Shown here in pieces: positions 42,509 through 54,994 of a stretch of 64,000 bases of DNA. The notes below the pieces were generated by a model. That model searched no databases and was not told the origin of the DNA. It saw only the letters and a list, made by a program, of their open reading frames with translations. Every line of letters begins with the position of its first letter. Position 1 is the stretch's first letter. Both the position numbers and the translations under genes were made by a program. This stretch comes from Octopus vulgaris (taxonomy: Eukaryota): NCBI GenBank assembly GCA_951406725.2, contig OX597831.1:5022001-5086000 (forward strand), read 5' to 3'.

Positions 42509-42782
42509 ACAAGCTGATTAAGCGAAACTGGAAGTTCTAATCATCTCAGAGTTGATTAATACATTTGACTTTAGAATCCAGCCACCAGTAGATGCTCTGG
42601 TATTCTTTATAAACCGATTGACAATGTCAATTACTGCGATTTATACAAATATGGTTGGGAGGTAAGACGTTTCTTTCACAACCGCAATGGTTCCGGATGT
42701 AGTTTGTCTGCGCATCATACGTGAGATATGCAGGGATATTGCATCTGCAGTTCCATTATTTAAGCAGAATGGTATGAATATA

Positions 42783-43204
42783 TATTTCTTTACTACCCAC
42801 AAGGGGCTAAACACAGAGGAGACAAACAAGGACAGACAAAGGGATTAAGTCGATTACATCGACCCCAGTGCGTAACTGGTACTTATTTAATCGACCCCGA
42901 AAGGATGACAGGCAAAGTCGACCTCGGCAGAATTCGAACTCAGTACGTAATGACAGACGAAATACCTATTTCTTTACTACCCACAAGGGGCTAAACACAG
43001 AGGAGACAAACAAGGACAGACGAAGAGATTAAGTCGATTACATCGACCGACCCCAGTGCGTAACTGGTACTTAATTTATCGACCCCGGAAGGATGAAAGG
43101 CAAAGTCGACCTCGGCGGAATTTGAACTCGGAACGTAACGGCAGACGAAATACGGCAACGCATTTCGCCCGGCGGTGCTAACGTTTCTGCCAGCTCGCCG
43201 CCTT
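42783..43204 (-). mobile_element. SINE family B dimer
   Basis: Two units joined at about 42965. ggtatgaatata occurs at 42771 and 43216 (candidate TSD). Confidence 0.9.
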
Positions 43205-43717
43205 CTGGTATGAACGGTATGAATATAAGTTTCCTGTACCTTGTGTGTAAGTTCAAATAGTATTTAAAATTGGTCACTCCAAGCATAGTGTTTGTTTGTA
43301 AACGGTGTTATTATTAACACACGCACACGCACATAACGATGCATGGAAAAGCATTAGTGAGCATGTGTGTATGTATATATGTATGTGTTTGTGTGTGAGT
43401 GTGTGTAGCTTTGTGTGCGTTCGCTTCTATAAATAGCACTCACTCGATTACCCTGCGCCAATTTCCAGTCTTGTAGACTAATCAGTCATATATTATTTGT
43501 CAGACAAAATTCATACATCATCTGTTAGTCACAGCATTGCGAAGACTAGTTAATGACGTCATATCATCTGTTCGCCATATTCGTATATGATTCCGTTGTG
43601 TGATTACGACAAACTAGAGCTTAACAGGCAAAGAGATTCCCTAACTGTATCGTTATTGTCATCATTAGTCGGATGGCGCGATGGCAGAATCGTTAGAGCG
43701 CCGGATCGGAAATATTT

Positions 43718-44532
43718 ATTTTTTTCATTGCCCACAGGGGGCTAAACATAGGGCGGACAAACAAGGACAGACAAAGGAATTAAGTCGATTACATCGACCC
43801 CCAGTGCGTAACTGGTACTTATTTAATCGACCACGAAAAGATGAAAGGCAAAGTTGACCTCGGCGGAATTTGAACTCAGAACGTAACGGCAGACGAAATA
43901 CCTATTTCTTTACTACCCAAAAGGGGCTAAACACAGAAGGGACAAACAAGGACAGACAAACGGATTAAGTCGATTGTATCGACTCCAGTGCGTAACTGGT
44001 ACATATTTAATCGCCCCCGAAAGGATGAAAGGCAAAGTCGACCTCGGCGGAATTTGAACTCAGAACGTAACGGCAGACGAAATGCGGCTACGCATTTCGC
44101 CCGGTGTCCTAATGTTTCTTATTTCTTTATTGCCCACAAGGCGCTACACACAGAGGGGACAAACAAGGACAGCTTGTTTAAGTCGATTATATTGACCCCA
44201 GTGCGTAACTGGTACTTATTTAATCGACCCCCAAAAGGATAAAAGGCAAAGTTGACCCCGGCGGAATTTGAACTCAGAACGTAACGGCAGACGAAATACC
44301 TATTTCTTTACTACCCAAAAGGGGCTAAACACAGAAGGGACAAACAAGGACAGACAAATGGATTAAGTCGATTATATCGACTCCAGTGTGTAACTGGTAC
44401 TTATTTAATCGACCCCCGAAAGGATGAAAGGCAAAGTCGACCTCGGCGGAATTTGAACTCAGAACGTAACGGCAGACGAAATACGGCTACGCATTTCGCC
44501 CATGCTAACGTTTCTGCCAGCTCGCCGTCCTT
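43718..44532 (-). mobile_element. SINE family B tetramer
   Basis: Junctions at about 43901, 44115 and 44299. 16-bp TSD cggatc(g/t)gaaatattt at 43702 and 44533. Confidence 0.9.
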
Positions 44533-45029
44533 CGGATCTGAAATATTTCAAACCCTACCAATATCAAATTTGCTTTTTCTTTCTTCAGGATCGATCAAAT
44601 AAAGTACGACTAAAATACCGAGGTCGACGAAATACCCCCCTCCCGTCAAAATTTTTGGCCTTCTGCTTAAATCAGTAGCAATTAGAATCATTATCATTAA
44701 TGGGTGGTTACACTGGGTGGAGTATCGGGGTAGAGGATGAACAGTGGGTGGAGTATCGGGGTGGCACAATGGCAAAGCTTGTAATGTATTCGCATACCTC
44801 ATTCACCAAATTTTATGTGCTTGTGCCCAGGTTTGAAACAGTTTGTAAACAACTTCTCTTTCATGGTTTTTACTGAGGCGATGAACAGGCAGAATCTTCA
44901 GCGCGCCGGACGAAATGCTCCGAGACATATCTTTCGGCTTTACGTCCTAAATTCAAGTTCCGCCCCATAAGAACGACTTTGTCTTCCATTCTTTTTGGAT
45001 CTTTTTGTAGTCACTGTTGTTGTTCTTGT

Positions 45030-45422
45030 TGTTCTTCTTCTACTTCCTCTCCTTCTTCTCATACTCCCTCTCCTTCTCCTTCTTCTTCTCCCTCTCCTTC
45101 TTCCTCCTCCCCTTCTTCTCCTTCTTTCTTCTCCCCTTCTTCTTCTTCTCCTTCTTCTCCTTCTCTTTCCTCTCCTTCTTCTCCTTCATCCTCTCCTCCT
45201 CCTTCTTCCTCTCCTCCGCCTCCCTCCTCTTCCTCTCCTTCTCCTTCTTCCTCTCCTCCTCCTTCTTCCTCGCCTCCTCTTCCTCTTCTCCTTCCTCTTC
45301 TTCTTCTTCTTCTTTCTTCTTCTTCTTCTTCTTCTTCTTCTTCTTCTTCTTCTTCTTCTTCTTCTTCTTCTTCTTCTTCTTCTTCTTCTTCTTCTTCTTC
45401 TTCTTCTTCTTCTTCTTCTCTC
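45030..45422. repeat. Polypyrimidine (CTT/CCT)n tract
   Basis: About 390 bp almost free of purines on the + strand, ending in pure (CTT)n. Confidence 0.95.
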
Positions 45423-45785
45423 TGTTGGTTCCCAAGTTCCCGTTGTTGCTTGTGGTGTCGATGGTAGCCGTGTGTCTCTCGGCATTATCATATTCAATAT
45501 CCGATGTGGCCCACCACCATAGGAAGTCTGTTAGAATTAATAACCATCGATTTTTACCATCTCTTATTGGGCTTTTACGGCCGGAATTAAACGGAGAAAC
45601 CTTTCTCAAGCTTCTCAACAAACCGAAGAGGGAGGGTTTGTGGGATTAGGGGACGGTCAGGAGGAATAATACAACTTGTACAATAGAACACGACGCACGT
45701 GTTTATATATATACATATACAGATAGATACACATATACACACAAGCATGTAAACACATTTATATGTAAGTCTATACGAGTGTGTT

Positions 45786-45852
<67 letters not shown>

Positions 45853-46921
45853 ATACATTATATACACACGCATATGATGCATGCCTATAATCACACAAAG
45901 ATTAACAGGGAAGCACATATGTAGTGACATATTAAACCTTGTACATACTCACACACATACTCTCACACACTTGCGCATACAGACTCACATGCACACACAC
46001 ACACACACACACACACGTATACAGAGAGTGAGGGGCAGAGTGAGTAAAGAATAAACAAAGGCAGAAGGAAATAGAGAGAGAAATAGAGAAAATGAGAGAG
46101 AGAGTGAGATGTTAATTCAGTAAAGGTAAAGGGAAGAGACCTTCCAAAGCAAAGAAAGAGACCCAACAGTGTAGCTGGAGGGAGTGTGGTCGAAATGACG
46201 AGTGTTAAATTTGTAATGCCTAAACGTTAGCTTGTATTTCTCACTGAACGCTGGCCAATATCCATAAAACAAATTCAATTAGGCTGAAATTCACTGCCAA
46301 CTCTTCCGCATCTCATAAAAATAAACTAATTAATTCGTTGACAAAATGTCTCTTAAATCTTTTTCTTACAAAACCTTTACTCGGGCCGCCATTACGCCGT
46401 TTTTCTTCTCTTTTTTTCTTTTTTTTGACTTCTCCCTACACTCAGCCACTCGGCTACTCTTTTTATCTCTATTCTTCGACCAATCAAATACTCTCCTTTA
46501 TTCCCCGCCTCCTTCACACATCTACTCGGTAACTTCTTTACTCTCACAACTCCGTCTGCTCAGATACTCCACAACTCCTTATTCGCTATATCATCCATCA
46601 GTGACTCTCTCCCCTCTCGTCTCCATCTTTAAAACTTTCCATTACGAAAACTCGTTCACATTGACTTAAACTCTTTCACTGGTCTTTCTTTCATTTCTTC
46701 GTTTTTCTTCAAATCTTCCTTCTGGGATTTTCTTTCCTTATTCTTCTCGTTCTCGCTGACAATCCTTTTCATTATCTTTGTTCAATTTTCTTGTAATTCT
46801 TTTGTTTTTAGTTTTCTGATTTTTACATTTATTTTCTCCTCATTTTATGTTTATCTTTATTCTTTTGTTTTCCCTTGACTCACTGTCGTTCATTCTTTCT
46901 TCGCACTCAATGTCTCACCCT

Positions 46922-46973
<52 letters not shown>

Positions 46974-47127
46974 CACACATTCATATACATACATATATAT
47001 ATATATAGTAAAAGCTGATGAGTACAGGACACTTGTATTTGCTGCAATATTTGCAGCTTTTAATAAAGCTGGTCTTCGTATGAAACAATTGTACTGAAAA
47101 ACTAATCCATTCTTGTTACTTTTTTCT

Positions 47128-47197
<70 letters not shown>

Positions 47198-47430
47198 TGT
47201 ATGTATGTATATATGCATGTATGTATGTATGTGTATATAAGAGAGAGGGAGGATTACGTGATCGTAATAATCCACACTAAGAAGATAATCAATGTTACAA
47301 AGGGGAGAGATTTATTGTTTAATGTCTCCGTACAACATAGCCAGATGTTTCGACTTCCGTATCCACAGAGAAATATTTATGGTCTCTCCTTCTCCTTCTT
47401 TCTCTCCGTCTCTCTCTCTCTCTTCTCTGC

Positions 47431-47493
<63 letters not shown>

Positions 47494-47874
47494 CGAGCAA
47501 AACGCTCCTCGTCCAATGGACGGAGCTGAGTTGTCAAACATTTAAACCAAATTTTATCAAAACAACTTGTCCGACCGTCCCATAGGCCTCCCCTTTGAGA
47601 AACACTGATTTAACCTAAATTTGAGTCACCAGCAAAAGAAGAAATAAAGATAGACATTTTTTGTATTCCAAGAAAAACGATTTTACAAATGCACGCTCCC
47701 ACGGCTTTATCGATCGCAATCTCACCTGGAATCGATTTTTGTAATTTTTTCAAGACTTATACACGCCCTGATACCGTCGGTATCTACATATCAAATTTGA
47801 GCGTAGTTTGATGGAGGATGCCCGAGATCCGAGAAGACACACACAGACAGACAGAACGGATTTTATATAATAGA
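47494..47874 (-). mobile_element. Non-autonomous Helitron-like element
   Basis: Minus strand starts A|TCTATTATATAAAA followed by (CTGT)n. It ends with a GC-rich hairpin (47504-47526) about 10 nt before CTCG|T, and has no TSD. Confidence 0.55.
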
Positions 47875-48017
47875 TAATATATATACAATTAGAAAAGTGT
47901 TAATAGTAGCTTTATTTTCATGCTTTAAGATATATTAAACTGACATATTTATGTATAACATGCCAAGTAACTCCAGGAAATCTGCCAGGCTCAGTTCATG
48001 ACGTGAGATGTATTTAA

Positions 48018-48232
48018 CCCATTAAGTCCCAGACTACTTAAATTTCTGAATATTACTTTTAAATTTTTACAGCTGATTGAAAATAGGTTAAAATGAAAAA
48101 AAAAAAATTATTAAAACTCCTTTACTTCAAGTAGAAATGGAAATACTCGGAGTCCTATAAATAGGACACTGAGACAATGTGATATAGCTTATTTAATGTT
48201 CTCATTTAGTGTCCTATTTATAGGACAGTGGG
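48018..48232. mobile_element. piggyBac-like MITE
   Basis: TTAA|CCCA...TGGG|TTAA boundaries and an internal perfect 19-bp inverted repeat (48152-48170 / 48208-48226). Confidence 0.55.
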
Positions 48233-48599
48233 TTAAGAACCAGGATGATTGATAGTCTATGAGCAAACATAAGAAAAGATGAGAGCAAAAAGCGCGAAGA
48301 AATTTGATGGAAAAAGTGGAACGAAATGAAAGAAAAGGAAAGTAAGAAAGCTAATATCTTCGTCCTCTTTGAATGTAACATAGCTACTCAAACCGGAGCA
48401 GGTAGCGAACTCCAGTTTGACAAAGGAAACTTGTCAATGTGCTTGTATTTGCTAAATATCTCGGATCTGGAATTAAGTATAGTTCTATATTTAAAAGATA
48501 AGGAAATAGGTACATTTTATACATTATTTACATTCAACAGATATATGTCTTCATCTTGCTTGTTGCTGATATACCCTCCAGCACTCTTCAGGTGTCTTG

Positions 48600-48721
48600 G
48601 GGCATATAGCGTAGTGGCTAAGAGCGCGGGCTACTAACACCAAGATTCTAGTATGCACTGGGGTCGATGTAACCGACTTCCTTCCTCCCCCAAAATTTCA
48701 GGCCTTGTGCCTCTAGTAGAA

Positions 48722-48763
<42 letters not shown>

Positions 48764-49010
48764 GTTGTTGTTGCTGTTGTTGTTGTTGTTATTAAAGCGG
48801 TAAGCTGGCAGAATCGTTAGCAAGCCAGGCGAAATGCTTAGCGGTATTTCGTCCATCTTTACGTTCTGAGTTCCAATTCCACCGAAGGTGACTTTGCCTT
48901 TCATCCATTCGGGGTCGATAAATTAAGAACCAGTTGTGTACTGAAATCGATCTAATCGATTACTCTCTTCCCCCTAAATTTCAAGCCTTGTGTCTTTCGT
49001 AGAAAGGATT
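48600..49010 (+). mobile_element. SINE fragments: tRNA-like head, family B tail and a family B copy (48796-49008)
   Basis: agcgtagtggctaagagcgcggg head; ctggggtcgatgtaaccgact tail; gctggcagaatcgttagc...gagttccaattcc. Confidence 0.75.
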
Positions 49011-49133
49011 ATTATTATTATTAATATCATCATCGTCATCGTCGTCGTCATCATCATCATCATCATCATCATCATAATTATTACATAATTATAATCCCAA
49101 AATACTTAGTACAAAAAAAATTTAAAATTGTTA

Positions 49134-49530
49134 GGCGTAGGAGTGGCTGTGTAATAAGTAGCTTGTTTACCAACCACATAGTTCCGGGTTCAAGTTCCAC
49201 TGCGTGGCACCTTGGGTAAGTGTCTTCTACTATAGCCTCGGGCCGACCAAAGCCTTGTCAGTGGATTTGGTAGACGGAAACTGAAAGAAGCCCGTCGTAT
49301 ATGTATATATATATGTGTATGTGCGTGTTTGTGTGTCTGTGTTTGTCCCCCCAACATCGCTTGACAACCGATGTTTACGTTCCCGTAACTTAGCGGTTCG
49401 GCAAAAAAGAGACCGATAAAATAAGTACTAGGCTTACAAGGAATAAGTCCTGGGGTCGATTTGATCGACTAAAGGCGGTGCTCCAGCATGGCCACAGTCA
49501 CATGACTGAAACAAGCGAAAGAGTAAAGAG
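49134..49530 (+). mobile_element. SINE family A, full length
   Basis: Near-identical to 2714-3110. Confidence 0.9.
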
Positions 49531-49689
49531 TTTCAGATTATTTTCACTGCAAGAATAGAAAAATTACGATTTTGAAGAAACTAACACCCTAAGAACCGCA
49601 ATTAACTAATTATTAATTAAATTTAAAAACGAATAAAATAATGAACTGATAGCCGCGTCTGAACTAATTCCTGATGAAGGGTAATAATG

Positions 49690-51095
49690 TAGGAGGGGAC
49701 GGGTATATATTGTTGACGGGTGGTGGGAGATTTAGTTGACTAGAGATAAGGGTAGATATGTAGGTGGCATAGGAGTGTTAATGGGGTGGGGAATAATGTT
49801 GACGAGTAGTGGGTGGATATAGCAGACAGGTGTATGGGGTATATCTGTTATTGGTGAGGTGGGATATATTGTTGTGTGCGTGGGTGGAAAATATTAATAT
49901 TGGTGGGGTAGTATTGTTTAGATGTGGGGTGGAGCATAGTTGAGGGTGGTCAGAATGTTTTAAATGGTAGAGGAGCGGGAGATATAATCATATAGGTGAC
50001 AGGTGCTGGGTAAATTCCATAGTTAGTGGAGTAGTTGTAATTGCCCGTTGGTGGGTATATCTACCCGTAACCGTTAGCCGGTTACGGGTGGGTAGTTATA
50101 GCCGATGAGTAGTGAACATATTTGTGTAGTCAGTGTGTGTGATAGCTAACTAGTGGTGGGTATATGTGTATATTTGTATACGTGTTGGGGTACATATATT
50201 TATCAGCTTCTGAGGTAGATATATTTGACTGCTGGTGGGTATATTTCTGTATTTGACTGCTGGTGGGTATATTTCTGTATTTGACTGCTGGTGGGTATAT
50301 TTCTGTATTTGGCCGTATAGATATAATTAACGGGTGGAGGGTACATTTTGAAGCTAGTTTGGGTTACAGCTAACAAGGGATGGGTTTATGAGTAAATTTG
50401 TGTAGGTGTTTGGGTAGATATAATTTGCAGGTTCTGTGGTACGTATAGTTGACTGTTAGTGGATATATTTTTGTAACTTGCCGGGTAGATATAGCTGACG
50501 GGTGGCAAGTATATTTCTGTCGTTACTGTTGGTGATAGCTAGCTAGTGGTGGGTAGATTTCTTTGGATATTTGGGTAGATATAATTTACAGGTTCTGGGA
50601 TATGTGTAGTTGACTGTTAGTGGGTATGTTTTGTAATTGGCCGGATAGATATAGCTTACGGGTGGTGGGTGTATTTCTGTAGTTAGTGTGGGTAACAGCT
50701 AGCTAGTGGTGGATAGATTTTTATAGGTGTTTGGGTAGATATAATTTGCAGGTTCTGGGGTATGTATAGTTGGCTGTTAGTGGATATATATTTGTAACTG
50801 GCCGGGTAGATATAACTGACGGATGGCAGGTATATTTCTGTACTTAGTATGGGTGACAGCTAGCTAGTGGTGGGTAGATTTTTATAGGTGTTTGGGTAGA
50901 TATAATTTGCAGGTTCTGGAATAGATATAGTTGACCGGTGTTCGATATATTTCTGTAACTGGCCGGGTAGATATAGTTGACAGAGTAGGAGTTAAATATA
51001 ATTGACGGGTGTGGTAAAAGGGGTAGATATAGCTGACAGGTTGTGGGTATAGAGGTATATTTGTGTTAGTGGCGGGGTAGATATGACGGGTGGCT
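49690..51095. repeat. G/T-rich degenerate minisatellite with 28-bp and 160/161-bp periodicities
   Basis: A perfect 28-mer occurs three times from 50222. tgggtagatataattt occurs at 50411, 50572, 50732 and 50893. Confidence 0.85.
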
Positions 51096-51475
51096 GGAAT
51101 ATTATTTACATATTCTCATAACCTAATTTATATAACAGCGCAAACACTTTTCACACATTCAAATTTAAATTCTTTAATCCTAAACGCAATGAAATGTATT
51201 TATGTGTGAGTGTGTGTATGAGTCTGTGTGTAAGCGTGAGTGTCTGTATGTGTGTGTACATGAATGTGTGTGTACATGAATGTGCGTGTGTGTGTGTGTG
51301 TTAAAACGTAATTAATTAATAAACTAATTAATTATATCAAATATCACAATTATATCAGGAGGCGCTTGAATGGTATTTTTATTTATTCAAATGAGTGTGT
51401 ATGCATGTATCTATGCATCTATCATTCTATGTATGTAGCTGCGTGTGTATGTATGTATATATGTATGTATGTATG

Positions 51476-51509
<34 letters not shown>

Positions 51510-51681
51510 TGTATGTATGTATGTATGTATCAGTGTATCTATGATTTAGTGACGTACATGTATCAGTGTGTGTATATGTATGTGTGAGTGTGTGGTGCCT
51601 TATTAAGGGCATGTATGTGGGTTGTGATATGTTAATGTCGCAGCTCTTTCCATGTCTATGATCATTATTATTATTATTATT

Positions 51682-51711
<30 letters not shown>

Positions 51712-51713
<2 letters not shown>

Positions 51714-52211
51714 GTGAGAGACATCAGTGCATGTCATCAAAGTGACACTGGGGTACAGATATTCGAAGCCCAATATACCCATCATAGTTACTCGTACGAC
51801 AAGGGTACATCAGGCACACAGTCACATGTGCGCGACATTGTAACCTCATATCAAGATAAACAGCGCTTGGCCCTGCATTTGGGACCCTGTTAGAATTTTC
51901 TTCAAGTCCCTGAATAAGGTTTACTTGAGGATGATGAACGAAACACCCATGTTTCCAGGGGTGAATAATTCAGATCCCAAAGAATTCCTTTCAACATATG
52001 GCTCTGATGCACCTCTACTACCGCCCCTCGTGATCAGAGATGCACATATCGTCAGCCACTAAGGGACATGCTCAACTGGTTCCGTTCGAGCAACTGACAA
52101 GCAAATCTGTGGTATTGAGCAGAATATTTGCTGTAGCTCATTCTTACACGAATACCATCAGCTAAGATCAGAAGCCATGAGGGCCAGTGCTTAGTACAGC
52201 ATCAGGGCATT
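51712..52211 (-). mobile_element. Putative non-coding insertion within an (AAT)/(AAC)n tract
   Basis: A 500-bp complex sequence bounded by (ATT)(GTT)n and (ATT)n. No recognisable ORF and only one copy in the window. Confidence 0.45.
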
Positions 52212-52226
52212 TATTACTATTATTAC

Positions 52227-52287
<61 letters not shown>

Positions 52288-52309
52288 GTTATTATTATTA
52301 TTATTGTTA

Positions 52310-52382
<73 letters not shown>

Positions 52383-52559
52383 CATTGTTGTTATTATTGT
52401 TGTTGGTGGTGGTGGTGGTGTTGCTGTCGTCGTCGTCGTAGTCATCATCATCATAATCATCATCAACCATGCTGGGCGTGAGAGAGCCATGCTGGGCGTG
52501 TAAATGTGGTCTTTCCCACAGAAATAATTAAAATTTTAAAAAATATAAATAACTATCGT

Positions 52560-52708
52560 TCGCAGAAACCCGCGATATACTGAGGAGACTGCAATATAAT
52601 TTTACATATATTTGCCAGACAAATCCGCGATGTACTGTGTGCGCGATAGGTGAACTGCGACGTACCGAGTGCACGATAGGTGAACCGCGATATAGCGAGG
52701 GATTACTG
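52560..52708 (-). mobile_element. pogo/Tigger-like MITE end
   Basis: Minus strand reads TA|CAGTAATCCCTCGCTATATCGCGGTTCACCTATCG, matching 1248-1330. Confidence 0.65.
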
Positions 52709-52859
52709 TATAATGCAATCCAAAAAGTACCCAACTATAAAAAACGAGTTAACTTGGTTCCCGTGTGCACGGAACCAAATATACTCAGTTGCCAAGCAAT
52801 AAGGGTTAAAACACTTTACGTTGATGGGTTTTTTTTTTTTCTTTTTTTTTTGTTTCAGT

Positions 52860-54130
52860 TCTGAAAGTCTAAATATGTTGTGTCAAGTCGTTTCCAATTT
52901 CGAATTAAATTTGTCATTTCTAAATATTGTATTCTTGGCTTTATGCATAGAACACCCACAAATGATGTGAAAGTAGTGAGTCTTTTATGATTTGAATATT
53001 GGCGGCATGTGTTTTGTTTTAGCATTATTTCATGTGTTATTGCCCCATGATTGTTGTGTGTAACGTTGACATCTTTTACTTCCATAAAGGTAATTTCGAT
53101 GCTCTTAACTCTGCCTATCTAAAGCATTTCCTTAACTTTGTCCTAAACCTCCATGCCTGTTTTTATACTTGTTTCATACATTCTGAGTAATACAAAACCT
53201 TCTTTTCATTAATCCCATGAAAACCTGGTGGTTGAAAAAATCGGGAATATGTATCATATATGATGCATGGACACCAGGGAAATATGTCTTATGTATTACA
53301 TAGAATACACAGGCCAGGCCAAGGGTTAGTGATGTTTTAAAGTATTTTACAAGTAAGATAACGCTATTACTTCCCGTTTTTAATATTGCTGACACTGCTG
53401 TTCACATTGGTATTCATTCATACTCTGTTGTTTTATTCTGGAGTATAGCTTGGTGATTTTTATGTGATTATTTCGTACATTATATTAGACAGCATTTTTG
53501 ATATTTTAGAATTCATTTACTAAAGATTCGTGGCTTTTGTCATTCTCTGACGGTATTCGTACGCCTTGGGAAAAGTGTTTCTACGTGGGAAATATATTGA
53601 TAGACTGGTATTCAATCTGTGACCACCCCGTCTTCTCTTGCATATTACATTCAGCACTTCTATTGCTTTCAGCCATATGGTTGATGAATTGATATATGTG
53701 TGTGTATATGTGTGTGCATGTATGTGTTTCTATTCTAACTATATGTTCTACTGTCATGGTACTCCTTATATTTTTTATGTTTATATTCTTATATTTCAAT
53801 ATTTTTTATCATCTATGTCTTGATATAAATATGTGGTTATTTGAATGGAATAATATCTCATGTCATACTTCTGAATTATGAATTTCCTTGTCTGAATGTT
53901 TAAGACGAATATCTGAAATTTTTAACTTATACCAAATTGTATAAATCTTTCGCTCACCATATAAATATATATATGTTCTTGGTCATTTTTCTACGTTGAG
54001 TTATAATAAAGACAGATTTGCATTAAACTGAAGGATTACAAATACTTTTTGTTCAGTACATGTTTAACTTTAGCAAGAACAGCGGTGACGTTAACTTCGA
54101 TGACTCGGCCTGCTAGACGACATCGAACAA
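52860..54130 (-). mobile_element. Possible highly decayed Penelope-like reverse transcriptase remnant
   Basis: Minus-strand peptide ITFMEVKDVNVTHNNHGAITHEIMLKQNTCRQY weakly resembles the Penelope RT motif FLDV.V...G...T..YRK.T...QY. The region has many stops. Confidence 0.3.
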
Positions 54131-54360
54131 TCTGCTGAAGACTAGGAAACCGAAACATCAAAGTTACTGCCACTGCTTTTCTTGTAAAAGTCTAACATAT
54201 ATATATATATATGTATGTGTGGTGTAGCGTGTAGGTGTGTGTTTGTTTGAGTGTGTGTGTGTGTGACAAAATCTAAAAGTGGCCATTTTTGATTTGATTC
54301 CTGATTTCGTATTTTCATTTTCATACCGCAAGCACACACACATACACACACAAATACACG

Positions 54361-54410
<50 letters not shown>

Positions 54411-54471
54411 CATACGCACACACACACCGACCTCTTTAACGCTTTATCTCTTCTCTCTTTAATGTCAACAG

Positions 54472-54650
54472 TTTCCCAACAAAGTAACGTCATAGTTGAT
54501 AAAGACGGCAAACGGAAGCACACGCGGCCGACATTTTCTGGCCAACAGATATTCGCCCTGGAGAAAACATTTGAACAAACAAAATACTTAGCAGGACCAG
54601 AAAGAGCGCGACTGGCTTACGCACTCGGGATGTCAGAGAGTCAAGTTAAG
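54472..54650 (+). CDS. NKX6: Internal exon of an NK6-class homeobox gene (homeodomain residues 1-46)
   Basis: Encodes [59 protein letters not shown], nearly identical to the Nkx6/HGTX homeodomain. Pyrimidine tract and CAG acceptor end at 54471 (phase 1). Donor AAG|GTAGGT at 54651 (phase 0), just before the expected VWFQNRR. Confidence 0.97.
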
Positions 54651-54793
54651 GTAGGTGAATGAATCGTCTTTTGACATTATTTAAACAAACGATTTAGTTG
54701 GAAACAACACTATCTCTAAGTATGGATTACTCTGAGTGTTTGTGTCTGCGAGTGTGGGTATATATGCATAAATAAGTGCATGTATATATACTT

Positions 54794-54826
<33 letters not shown>

Positions 54827-54857
54827 GTTAATCCAAACATGAAAACACAAAGATAAA

Positions 54858-54904
<47 letters not shown>

Positions 54905-54994
54905 ATATATATATGTATGTATGTATATATGTATGTAAGTGTGATGTGGGTGGGTATGCACATATACATACATACATATTTAAATATATGTATA

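Noticed and set aside
47008-47075. Hammerhead candidate AAAAG-CTGATGA-GTACAGG(ACA)CTTGTAT...CTTTT-AATAAA between (TA)n tracts
   Set aside because: The 5' core and stem II look right, but GAAA and the cleavage triplet are absent. It is at most a decayed relic.
54130-54165. CTGAAGA...GGAAACC-GAAAC motif
   Set aside because: Stems I and III do not pair, so it is compatible with chance.
54279-54471. N-terminal extension of the homeobox ORF, including the ATG at 54462
   Set aside because: It runs through a CA repeat and the pyrimidine tract upstream of a good acceptor, so it is intronic.
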